Source: Myxococcota bacterium
Lineage (GTDB): Bacteria > Myxococcota_A > UBA9042 > PHBI01 > JAWLBL01
NCBI GenBank assembly: GCA_041687695.1
Contig: JAWLBL010000013.1
Coordinates: forward strand, 162,274-226,273
Direction of reading: 5' to 3'
DNA: 64,000 bases
The translations under genes were made by a program, and so were the position numbers. Positions 43,817-52,345 of this stretch are shown piece after piece. Under the pieces are notes generated by a model. It was given only the letters and a program-made list of their open reading frames with translations. It was not told the origin of the DNA and ran no database searches. Within the stretch, counting starts at the first letter, position 1; every line of letters begins with the position of its first letter.

Positions 43817-46263
43817 CAGTTCACCCCCTGACCGGCGACGAAGCCGAAGAGGCGCTCCTTGCGCTCGGCGCGCTCGCGGGCGCGCTGTGCGTCGGGGCGA
43901 CCCGAGGTGGCGTAGCGCCGGAAGAGATCCCAGGCTTCGCGATAGGCGCCCTCGCGGTCGCGGATCAGCGCCAGGTTGTAGAGCGCCTCGGGCGGGCCGC
44001 CGTCGCTGGTCTGCCGGAGCCAGGTGCGGGCGGCCTCGCCGGCCTGACCGGAGGCGAGGCGCGCCGCGGCGATGTTGTGGTCCATGGCGGCGCTGGGGGC
44101 GGCCTGCGCCGCCTGGGTCCAGTGCTGGATGGCCTTGGCCCAGGCCTTGGCCGCGTAGGCGGCGTGGCCGAGCTGCTCGTGGGCGGCGGCGGTGATGGCG
44201 GCGGCGGTCGGGCCGCCGTCGCGCACCTTGGCCAGCGCCTTGAGGGCGCCGTTGGCGTCGCCCTTCCGCAGCAGGCTCCACGCCACGCACGCGTGCGCGA
44301 GCTCGCGCGCCGAGGCCCAGGCGGGGCCTGCGAGCGCCCGTCCCTCGGCCATCTGCCGCAGCGCACCCAGCGGGCCTTCGCTGCCAGGGGCGGCCAGGAC
44401 GGCGGCCATCGCGGAGCCCAGCTGGGCCAGCGTGCGATCGCGCGCCTCGAGCCCCTCCTTGGCGGACAGCGCCCGCTCGAGGGCCGCCCGCGCGCCTCCG
44501 GCGTCCCCCGCGGCCAGCCGGTCGAGCCCCAGCTCGAGGGCCGCGATCGCGGCGCTGCGTTGCGCCGCGGCGTCTCCCGGCGCCAGCGCGGCGGCCTCGT
44601 CGAAGGCCTCGGAGGCCCGCGCCCACTCGCCCTTGTGGGCGGCCAGGTGCCCCGTGACCGTCAGGGCCAGGCCCTGCAGCTGCGTCCCGGCCGCGGTGGC
44701 GGCCTCGATCTCGGCCTGCGCCGGCTCGTGACGCCCGGCGAGCAGATGCAGCATCGCCCGGACGGCCCGCGCGTCCGGCCCCGACGGCGCGTCCTCGCGG
44801 CCGCTCGGCCCGATGGCTCGCTCGGCCGCCTCGACCTGGCCCGCCGCCAGCTCGAGCAGCGCCAGGTTCACGCGCGCCGGCTCGTAGGTCGGCATCCGGT
44901 CCAGCGCCTCCTGCAGCCCCCGCCGCGCCGCGGCGTCGTCCCCGGTGGCGCGCGCGGCGGCGGCCTGCGCCGTCTTGACGGTGACCAGCCCCAGCGTCGC
45001 GTCGGTCAGCGCCGGGTCGAGCGTGGCGGCGCGCTCGAAGGCGGCGAGCGACTCCTGGAGCCGCTGCAGCGCCCACAGATCGCGCCCGCGCTCGACGTGC
45101 AGCGGCGCGCGCTCGGGCGCCTTGTGGAGGGCCTTGTCGTGCCAGGCCAGCGCCTCGTTCGGCCGGCCGGCCCGGCGCAGCAAGGTCCCGAGCCACCCCG
45201 TGATCTCGAAGGAGTCGTCGAGACCGGCGGCTCTCTCGGCCTGGGTCAGCGCCTCGTCGAGCTGGCCCTCGCGGAAGGCGATCTGGCTCAACCCGTAGTA
45301 GACCCACGGGTTGTTGGCGGCGCCCGTCCCGGCGAGTTCGAAGGTCTGGCGGGCCTCGGCGAGGCGCCCGAGCTGCAGCTGGCAGTCCGCCTTGAAGTAC
45401 AGGGCGGTGGCGTAGTCGGGTTGCAGCTTCAGGAAGCGGTCGAGCAGCGCGACGGCCTGGTCGCAGCGGCCCTGCTTGATGCGCACCGACGCCAGGTTGT
45501 AGAGCAGGCGCGGGCGGTCGCCCTCCTCGCCCAGCAGCTCCTCGTAGGCGCGGCCGGCCTCGACCAGCCGCGACGAGCGGAACAGGGCGTTGGCGCGGTT
45601 GATGCGCGCCGCCAGGTTCTTGGGCTCGACCACGAGGAAGGCGTCCAGGGCCACGACGGCCTCCTGGAAGCGATCGAGCTTGAGGTAGTAGGTGCCGAGG
45701 AGCCCGAGCGCCTTCTTGTCGTCGGGACGGACCTTTACGTACCGCTCGATGTGCGGCAGGCCTTCGAACCAGCCCGACTGCTGGAAGTGATAGGTCGCCA
45801 GGAGCCACATGGCGTCGAAGCGCTTGGGGTCGTCGGCGACGCGCTCGAGCAGCTTGGCCGCGTCCTGCGGGCGGCCGTTCTGGAACTGGTGCAGGCCGAG
45901 CTGGTGCGTGTAGTCGGGGTCGTCCGGGGCCTTGGCGTGCAGCGGCTCGAGGAGGTCGACGCCCTCCTGGAAGCGCTTGTCGATGAGCAGCGCTCGCGAC
46001 AGGCCGAGGTTGGCCTGCTTGTTGCCGGGCTCTCCCGCCAGGATGCGCCGGTAGGCCTTCTCGGCCTCGGCGACGCGCTGCTTGGCCGCCTTGGTGTCGC
46101 CCCGCGCGGTCAGCGTCCGCGCCGAGTCGAGCGCGTCGTCGCCCACCTGCAGCAGGCGCTGCTTCTCGCGCTTGTCGAGATCCTGCGCCCCCAGCGCGGG
46201 GCCGAGGGACAGCGCGACGGCCATCGCCGCCGCGAGTAGGCGTGCGGCGAGGCGGGGCGTCAC
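43816..46263 (-). CDS. Large exported TPR protein (815 aa)
   Basis: Signal peptide ALGA-Q; many TPR units (LLYNLA, VYYGL, ARVNLA, ALYNLA). Confidence 0.85.
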   Translation of the reverse strand: MTPRLAARLLAAAMAVALSLGPALGAQDLDKREKQRLLQVGDDALDSARTLTARGDTKAAKQRVAEAEKAYRRILAGEPGNKQANLGLSRALLIDKRFQEGVDLLEPLHAKAPDDPDYTHQLGLHQFQNGRPQDAAKLLERVADDPKRFDAMWLLATYHFQQSGWFEGLPHIERYVKVRPDDKKALGLLGTYYLKLDRFQEAVVALDAFLVVEPKNLAARINRANALFRSSRLVEAGRAYEELLGEEGDRPRLLYNLASVRIKQGRCDQAVALLDRFLKLQPDYATALYFKADCQLQLGRLAEARQTFELAGTGAANNPWVYYGLSQIAFREGQLDEALTQAERAAGLDDSFEITGWLGTLLRRAGRPNEALAWHDKALHKAPERAPLHVERGRDLWALQRLQESLAAFERAATLDPALTDATLGLVTVKTAQAAAARATGDDAAARRGLQEALDRMPTYEPARVNLALLELAAGQVEAAERAIGPSGREDAPSGPDARAVRAMLHLLAGRHEPAQAEIEAATAAGTQLQGLALTVTGHLAAHKGEWARASEAFDEAAALAPGDAAAQRSAAIAALELGLDRLAAGDAGGARAALERALSAKEGLEARDRTLAQLGSAMAAVLAAPGSEGPLGALRQMAEGRALAGPAWASARELAHACVAWSLLRKGDANGALKALAKVRDGGPTAAAITAAAHEQLGHAAYAAKAWAKAIQHWTQAAQAAPSAAMDHNIAAARLASGQAGEAARTWLRQTSDGGPPEALYNLALIRDREGAYREAWDLFRRYATSGRPDAQRARERAERKERLFGFVAGQGVN

Positions 46264-47828
46264 GTGATCCTCCCGATGACCACGGTCACGTCGTCCTCGA
46301 GCGGGACCTGGTCGCGGAACTGGTCGAAGTCCGTCACCAGGTGACGGATGGCCTCCTCGGGGCCGATGGCGCGGTCGAACTCGCTCAGGACGCGCAGCAG
46401 GCGCCGCATGCCGTACTGCTTGCCGCCGCGCCCCACCGACTCGATGAGCCCGTCGGTGTACCAGACGATGAGGTCACCCGACTGCACCTTGGTGCGCCGC
46501 GCCTCGAAGCCGGCCGGGTCGCCGTCGCCCAGGCGGTTGCCGCGCGAGACCAGGCGGGTGAGCTTGACGCCGTCCTCGGCCCAGCGCAGCAGCAGGGCGG
46601 GCGGGTGGCCGGCCGACGAGAAGAACAGGGTGCTCTGGTGCGTGTCGAGGATGGCCGCGGTGGCGGTCATGAAGAACGAGCCGGCGCCGGCGTCGCGGAT
46701 GACGCGATCGAGGACCCGCAGCGTCTCGGAGACCTGCAGGCTGTCGCCCTGCAGGTGCCGCAGCGTGTCCAGGCAGCTCTTGGCCGTGGCGGTCAGCATC
46801 GCCGCCGGCACGCCATGGCCGGTGACGTCGCCGACGAGCAGGGCGCTGCAGCCGCGGGGCAGGGCGGCGAAGTCCCAGAAGTCGCCGCCGCAGGTCGTGG
46901 CGGGCTCGTAGTAGCCGGCGACCTCGAGGCCCGGCGCCGTGTGCGTCCCCTCGCCGGGCACCAGGACGCTCTGGATCTGGCGCGCCAGGCTCAGCTCGTG
47001 CTCGAGCTCGGCCTTGGACACGGCCTCGACCAGCAGCGTCTGGATTCGGTCGGCCATGTGGTTGAACTGCAGCCCCAGGCTGCCGACCTCGTCGTTGGAC
47101 TCGACGCGCACGCGCGCGCCCAGGTCGCCCTGCGCGATCTGCGAGGCGGTCCGCTCGAGGCGCTGGATGGGGCGCGCGAACCGGAACGCCTGCAGCAGGC
47201 TCAGCAGCACGCCCAGGCTGAGGGCGACGGCGCCGACGAGCAGGGTCGAGTGGAGCGCCTTGCGCGTGCGCTCGGCGCGCTCGGTCTCGACCGAGGCGAG
47301 CGAGGCCTGTAGCGGCTCGAGATCGTAGCCAAACGCGACGATGCCACGGGCGACCTGTTCGCCGCCCTCGCCGTCGACCACGATGGGTTGCTGGACCCGC
47401 AGGATGCGCTTGCCGTCCTCGTCGTCCTCTCGGGCCGAGGCGGCGAGCAGGCCGTCGACCGGCGCGTCGAGGCGCGGCAGCTCGGCGGCGTCGATGGCGC
47501 GGCGCGAGTCGGCGAGGATGCGGCCGTCACGGTCGGCGACCAGGGCGAAGACGACCTGCGGGTCGTGCGCGACCAGGCCGCGCACCACCGAACCCAGCGT
47601 GCCGAGCTCCGTCCCCTCGAGCGCCTCGCGCAGCGACACCGACAGGACGGTCGCGGTCGACTGCGCGCGCCGGTTGGCCAGGTCGGAGAAGGTCGCCTGC
47701 ATGTCGCTCGCGCGCTCGTCGTGCAGGCGCCGGATCTCGACCGCGTTGACGTAGCCGAGGAAGGCGACGACCAGCGCGACCAGCAGCGTGGACGCGAGCG
47801 TGAGCTTGACGCCGAGGGTGAGTCTCAT
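46260..47828 (-). CDS. Membrane sensor PP2C/SpoIIE phosphatase (TM-periplasmic domain-TM-HAMP-PP2C; RsbU-like)
   Basis: Two TM helices; HAMP (PIQRL...DEVGSLG.QFNHM); GGDFWD, GDVTGHG, AGHPP, YTDGLIE, EDDVT. Confidence 0.92.
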   Translation of the reverse strand: MRLTLGVKLTLASTLLVALVVAFLGYVNAVEIRRLHDERASDMQATFSDLANRRAQSTATVLSVSLREALEGTELGTLGSVVRGLVAHDPQVVFALVADRDGRILADSRRAIDAAELPRLDAPVDGLLAASAREDDEDGKRILRVQQPIVVDGEGGEQVARGIVAFGYDLEPLQASLASVETERAERTRKALHSTLLVGAVALSLGVLLSLLQAFRFARPIQRLERTASQIAQGDLGARVRVESNDEVGSLGLQFNHMADRIQTLLVEAVSKAELEHELSLARQIQSVLVPGEGTHTAPGLEVAGYYEPATTCGGDFWDFAALPRGCSALLVGDVTGHGVPAAMLTATAKSCLDTLRHLQGDSLQVSETLRVLDRVIRDAGAGSFFMTATAAILDTHQSTLFFSSAGHPPALLLRWAEDGVKLTRLVSRGNRLGDGDPAGFEARRTKVQSGDLIVWYTDGLIESVGRGGKQYGMRRLLRVLSEFDRAIGPEEAIRHLVTDFDQFRDQVPLEDDVTVVIGRIT

Positions 47829-47832
47829 CGCG

Positions 47833-48651
47833 TCACTCCAGCGTCACGATGAGGTAGACGATGACGCCGAGCAGCCCGAGCATCACGAGGAGCACGCCGA
47901 CGAAGACGACGTCGCCGCCGCGGCGACCCGTCGCCTGGGAGGGTGGGGCCGCGGCGCCGAGGCGGGCCGCCACCTGGGAGATGGTCGACTGCGAGCGCTC
48001 CGGGTCGGGGGTGACGCCGAGCTGCGCGATGGTGCGCGCCCCGCCGGCGCCCGGGCCCGACACGAGCGGGGCGGCGTCGGAGGCGCCGGCGTCCAGGGCC
48101 ACGCGGGCCGCCGCGACCATCGGCTCGAGCTGCTCGCGGTCGACCTCGCGGGGCTGGTCCTCGATGAAGCCGAAGTAGTTCTCCTCGACGTCGTCGAGGG
48201 CGTTGCCGCAGGCGGCCTTGCCGCAGGGGAACTGCGGGGCGGCGCGCCGGCCCGGGCCGCGGAGATCCAGCGCGTTGAGGCGCTCGTCGCCCTCCTTGCC
48301 GCACTTGTCGCAGTAGTAGGGGGCGAAGAAGGTGAAGACCGTGGCGGCGCCGGCGAAGTTCCGGACCAGGTTGACCTGGTCCATGATGGCCGGCGAGCAG
48401 TCGAAGAGCACGACGCGCAGCCTGCGCTTGTGCAGCTCGGCCATCCAGTTGACCCAGTCGCGGACGCCGACCGAGTTGATGCGGTAGATGCCGGCGAGGT
48501 CGACGAGCAGCGTGTCGTGACGGATGCGGGCCGTCAGATCGGGCAGCCCGTTGTGCTCGTCGATGACCCCCGACAGGCGGATGGCCGTCCAGCGCTCACC
48601 GTGCCGGACCACGGCCTGTAGTCGTGCCTGTCTCGAGGATGCGGCTACCAC
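47833..48651 (-). CDS. STAS-like anti-anti-sigma domain + Zn ribbon + C-terminal TM anchor
   Basis: LSGVIDE, VDLAGIYRINSVGV (STAS phospho-Ser site); CDKC...CGKAAC; terminal TM helix; GTG start after AGGAG (alternative 48729). Confidence 0.72.
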   Translation of the reverse strand: MVAASSRQARLQAVVRHGERWTAIRLSGVIDEHNGLPDLTARIRHDTLLVDLAGIYRINSVGVRDWVNWMAELHKRRLRVVLFDCSPAIMDQVNLVRNFAGAATVFTFFAPYYCDKCGKEGDERLNALDLRGPGRRAAPQFPCGKAACGNALDDVEENYFGFIEDQPREVDREQLEPMVAAARVALDAGASDAAPLVSGPGAGGARTIAQLGVTPDPERSQSTISQVAARLGAAAPPSQATGRRGGDVVFVGVLLVMLGLLGVIVYLIVTLE

Positions 48652-48734
48652 GGCGGCGTTGGCTCCTGTCGGCCCGGGGGTGAGCGACGCGTTGGGCGAG
48701 CGCCCTGGGGCGGCCGCCCACCGATGCACCGTCG

Positions 48735-48764
48735 AGCATAGGCGCGCGGACGCTGGCCTTGCAA
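48735..48764 (-). promoter_or_regulatory. sigma70-type promoter of the STAS-PP2C operon
   Basis: TTGCAA-18 bp-TATGCT on the minus strand. Confidence 0.45.
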
Positions 48765-48930
48765 CCGCACCGGGCTACGTCGGGTTACCCCCAGCAGGCG
48801 CCGCGACGGCGTCGTCCGGCCGGCCAGGGCTCGCTCGGGCCGCTGGCGCCGTCGGACAACGATTGACCACTCCCGAAGCCCGGTGCTAACTGGCGAGCCC
48901 CGCCCCGACCCCCTGGAGAAAAGGCCTCGC

Positions 48931-49707
48931 ATGCTGGTCCGCATCGTCACCGGCCTCCTGCTCGCCGCCGTCGTGCTCGGCGTCCTCTCGTACGGACCCC
49001 CCGCGCTCATCGCCGGCGCGCTCGTGCTCGTCGCCGGGCTGTGCCTGGGCGAGGTCTATGCGATGACGATGCCCGATCGCCGCGTCGAGCGGGTGGTGGG
49101 CGTGTTCCTCGGCGCGCAGCTGCTGGCCGCCATGGCGTTCTGGGAGGCCGGCCTCGGCGGGGCCCTCGCGGCCGTCGTGCTGGGGCCGCCGCTGCTGGTC
49201 CTCATCCGCCCCGAGCCGCTGCCCACGGCGGCCTACCGCTTGATGGCGCTGTGGGGCGGCCTCATCTACGTCTGCGGCACCTTCGCCTTCGTCATGCTGG
49301 TCCCCGAGGGGCGCCGCGCCGCCTTCATCGGGCTCGCGTCGCTGGTCGTGTTCCTGGGCGACACCGGGGCCTACTTCGCCGGGCGCGCCTTCGGGCGCCA
49401 CAAGCTCTACGAGCGCATCTCCCCCAAGAAGACCGTCGAGGGGGCCATCGGCGGCCTCGCCTCGAGCGTCGGCGGCGCGTTCATCGCGATGGCCGCGTTC
49501 GTGCCCGATCTGACCCCGGCGATGGCCGTCCTGGTCGGCGTCGCCGGCGGCGCCACGGGGCAGCTCGGGGATCTCGCCGAGTCGGCGCTCAAGCGCTCGG
49601 TCGGCGTCAAGGACTCGGGGACGCTGCTTCCGGGGCACGGCGGTATGCTCGACCGCGTCGACGGGCTCATCTTCGCGCTGCCCGTCATCGCGCTCATCCT
49701 ATTCTGA
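48931..49707 (+). CDS. cdsA: Phosphatidate cytidylyltransferase
   Basis: DTGAYFAGRAFG, ISPKKTVEG, GDLAESALKR, KDSG, PGHGGMLDRVD. Confidence 0.95.
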   Translation: MLVRIVTGLLLAAVVLGVLSYGPPALIAGALVLVAGLCLGEVYAMTMPDRRVERVVGVFLGAQLLAAMAFWEAGLGGALAAVVLGPPLLVLIRPEPLPTAAYRLMALWGGLIYVCGTFAFVMLVPEGRRAAFIGLASLVVFLGDTGAYFAGRAFGRHKLYERISPKKTVEGAIGGLASSVGGAFIAMAAFVPDLTPAMAVLVGVAGGATGQLGDLAESALKRSVGVKDSGTLLPGHGGMLDRVDGLIFALPVIALILF

Positions 49708-49751
49708 CCCGTTCGGCCGCCGCCGTGGGGGCGCTTGCGCAGGAGGACCTC

Positions 49752-50129
49752 GTGGACGAACCGCTGCTCCGGCTCACGGGCGCGGCCGGCGCCGCCTGGG
49801 CCTACTCCGCCTACCGCCTGCTGTGTCTGGTGAGCGACGCCAACGCTCGCCGGCTGTACGCGCACGACGCGTGCGCCTCGCTGCTGGCCGAGCAGCTGCG
49901 CCTTCAGGCCCTCATCGAGCAGGAGGCCCGCGCCGCCGCCCGCGTCGAGACCCTCGGCGAGACCGATCGGGCGTGGGTCGAGGCGCTCGCAGCCGCCGCG
50001 CGCGACCTGTCGCTGATGCGGCAGGCGCTGGAGGCCTGCCTGCACGACGAGAGCGATCAGGCGCGCCATCGCTTCGAGGCGGCGCGCGCAGAGGCCTTCG
50101 CCCGGGTCGGCGCGCTGCTGGGCGACTGA
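49752..50129 (+). CDS. Hypothetical helical protein
   Basis: Strong SD AGGAGG plus GTG; 125 aa filling the gap between cdsA and the response regulator. Confidence 0.55.
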   Translation: MDEPLLRLTGAAGAAWAYSAYRLLCLVSDANARRLYAHDACASLLAEQLRLQALIEQEARAAARVETLGETDRAWVEALAAAARDLSLMRQALEACLHDESDQARHRFEAARAEAFARVGALLGD

Positions 50130-50133
50130 CGCG

Positions 50134-50508
50134 TCAGACCGCGCCGAGCAGGCGATCGACCGTCGCGACGAGGTCGTCGAAGTCGAACGGCTTGTCGAGG
50201 TGGTCGTTGGCCCCGTACAGCGGCGCCGTCATGTCGTTCACGCCGGGGCCGATGCCCGTGAGCATCAGGATGGGCGTGTCGTTCCAGTCGGGCTTGCTGC
50301 GGATGTACTTGGCGATCTGCCACCCGTTGAGGCCCGGCATCATGACGTCGAGGATGATCATGTCGGGCTGCTCGACGAGGATCGTCTCGAGGCCCTCTTC
50401 GCCGTCGTTGGCCGTGATGACCTCGTAATCGGCGTTCTCGAGCCACGTCCGCACCAGGGTCGTCAGCTCGAGATCGTCGTCGACGTACACAATGCGCGCT
50501 CGCGCCAT
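50134..50508 (-). CDS. Single-domain response regulator
   Basis: VDDD, LDVMMPGLNG, MLTG, KPF. Confidence 0.92.
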   Translation of the reverse strand: MARARIVYVDDDLELTTLVRTWLENADYEVITANDGEEGLETILVEQPDMIILDVMMPGLNGWQIAKYIRSKPDWNDTPILMLTGIGPGVNDMTAPLYGANDHLDKPFDFDDLVATVDRLLGAV

Positions 50509-50694
50509 CCGGGTGTCCCTCGCGTGTTCGAATCCGCCCGTGCGCTAGCACGCGGCGCGCCGGCTTGGCAAGCCCGGCGCTCGACGCGGGGCCGGCGATC
50601 GGCCGCGATCGTCGCGACGCGCGCCCCCTCGTCGGGACCTCCTCCAAGGCGTCGCCTTGTTGACAGCCGGCGGCCGCCAAGCCAAACGGGCCCC

Positions 50695-52311
50695 ATGGCC
50701 GATCCGAACGACGAACACCGCCCCGAGGCCGCGGACCCGTCCGCGCCCACCCCGCCCCGGCCCCCTGGCGAAGCCGCGCACGACGCCAAGCGTCCAGCCG
50801 ACGCCGCGCCCGCGCCCGAGGACGAGGCCGCCGCGCCCGAGACCGCCGGCGGGACCGAGCCAGCGACGCCGCCGCGTCCGCCCGCCTCGCGCAGCGGGAC
50901 CCTGCCCGGCCCGCTGCCGCTGCGCGACGCCGCGTCACCGCCCCGGCGCCCCGCCGCCCCGACGCTGTCCTTCGAGGCGCACCGGCGCGACGCCGAGCCC
51001 GAGGTCCCTCGCCCCCGCGCGAGCGATCCCAGCCGGGACGTTCCGCTCGATCGCGCCCTGGGCTTCGCTCCCATCGACGCAGAGGGCGACGGCGAGGCCG
51101 AGTCGACCGCCGAGTCGACCGCGGGCCCGTCCGTCGAGCGTGGCGCGCCGGCGGCGTCGGCCTCGGCCGATCCTCGTGACGCCGATCCGCGCTGGGCGCC
51201 CATCCGCGGCCGCCGCGACGAGCCCGTCGGCGCCCGCGGCCCTCGGCCGGCACGCAGCGAGCCGACGCTCAGCTTCGCCCGCGGCTCGCGCTCCGGCGGG
51301 CCCGCCGTCGACCGGCCCGCCATCGACCGGCCCGCCATCGACCGGCCCGCCGTCGACCGGCCCGCCGTCGACCGGCCCAAGGCTCGCCCCGCGCCAGCCA
51401 ACGACCTCCGGCACACCGCCGGGCCGTCCGACCCCGCCGGCGCCGTCATGCGGCCCCTGGTCCCGCTGGTGCTGCTGCTGCTCTTCGAGGCCACGGTCCT
51501 GCCCATCGGCGGCTCGGATGGCCTCGTGTCGCCCCTGCGCCTGCTCGCCACGCCCGGCACGGCGACCTTCGTCGCCGCCGTCTTCTTCGTGTTGATCCTG
51601 GTCGCGGCCGCCGTCCCCATCTCGATGCGCGCTCGGGCGGGGCTCCTCTCCGGCCTGGGTGTCGGGCTGTTGGGCTACGCCATGGTCGTCGCCAGCGCCG
51701 CCGTCGCCGCCGACGTCTTCGACGGCCAGCCGGCCCTCGAGCTGCTCCTGCGCGGCCCGGGCGCGCCCCGCGTCGTCCTGCTGCTCGCCGCCGTCGCGCT
51801 GCCGACCGCCATGTTCTGGCGCTACCTGCGGCCGGCCAGCGTCGGCGCGCGCATCGTCGCCGGGACGGCCCTGGTCCTGGTCGCCTTCGCGTACCTGGGG
51901 CTGCACGCCCTCGGCCTGGGCGCGACCACACCCCTGTCGGCCCTGGTCGACGCCGGGCGGACGGCGCCCTTCATGGGCGATCGCGTCGCGGCCTGGGTGG
52001 CGTTGCTGCCGGCCCTGGTGGCGCTGGTGGGCCTGTTGACGTTCCTGCCGCGGCGCTCCCGCGCGATGGGCCGTCTGGCGGGCGCCCTGTTCTGGGCCAG
52101 CGTCGTGGCGCCCGTCCTGGTGCTCGCGCTCTTCGTCGCGCGGATGGACCGCTGGCAGGACGTGCTCGAGCCCCTGAAGGTGATGACGCTGCTGGCCGCC
52201 GGCTTGCTGCTCGTCCCGGTCGGCGCGGGGACGCTGCTCGCCACCTTCGAGCGCCCCGACGAGGGCGAGGCCGACGCGCCCGCGACCCGCGCGGCGGCGC
52301 CCGTGGCCTGA
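50695..52311 (+). CDS. Polytopic membrane protein with long Pro-rich disordered N-terminus
   Basis: About 240 aa Pro/Ala/Glu-rich region followed by about 8 TM helices. Confidence 0.65.
   Translation: MADPNDEHRPEAADPSAPTPPRPPGEAAHDAKRPADAAPAPEDEAAAPETAGGTEPATPPRPPASRSGTLPGPLPLRDAASPPRRPAAPTLSFEAHRRDAEPEVPRPRASDPSRDVPLDRALGFAPIDAEGDGEAESTAESTAGPSVERGAPAASASADPRDADPRWAPIRGRRDEPVGARGPRPARSEPTLSFARGSRSGGPAVDRPAIDRPAIDRPAVDRPAVDRPKARPAPANDLRHTAGPSDPAGAVMRPLVPLVLLLLFEATVLPIGGSDGLVSPLRLLATPGTATFVAAVFFVLILVAAAVPISMRARAGLLSGLGVGLLGYAMVVASAAVAADVFDGQPALELLLRGPGAPRVVLLLAAVALPTAMFWRYLRPASVGARIVAGTALVLVAFAYLGLHALGLGATTPLSALVDAGRTAPFMGDRVAAWVALLPALVALVGLLTFLPRRSRAMGRLAGALFWASVVAPVLVLALFVARMDRWQDVLEPLKVMTLLAAGLLLVPVGAGTLLATFERPDEGEADAPATRAAAPVA
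51301..51375 (+). repeat. 15-bp tandem repeat x5 (PA[VI]DR)
   Basis: CCCGCC[GA]TCGACCGG five times, in frame. Confidence 0.9.
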
Positions 52312-52345
52312 GCCCACCGCGCCGCGCGCGCCCGTGGCCGCCGGT

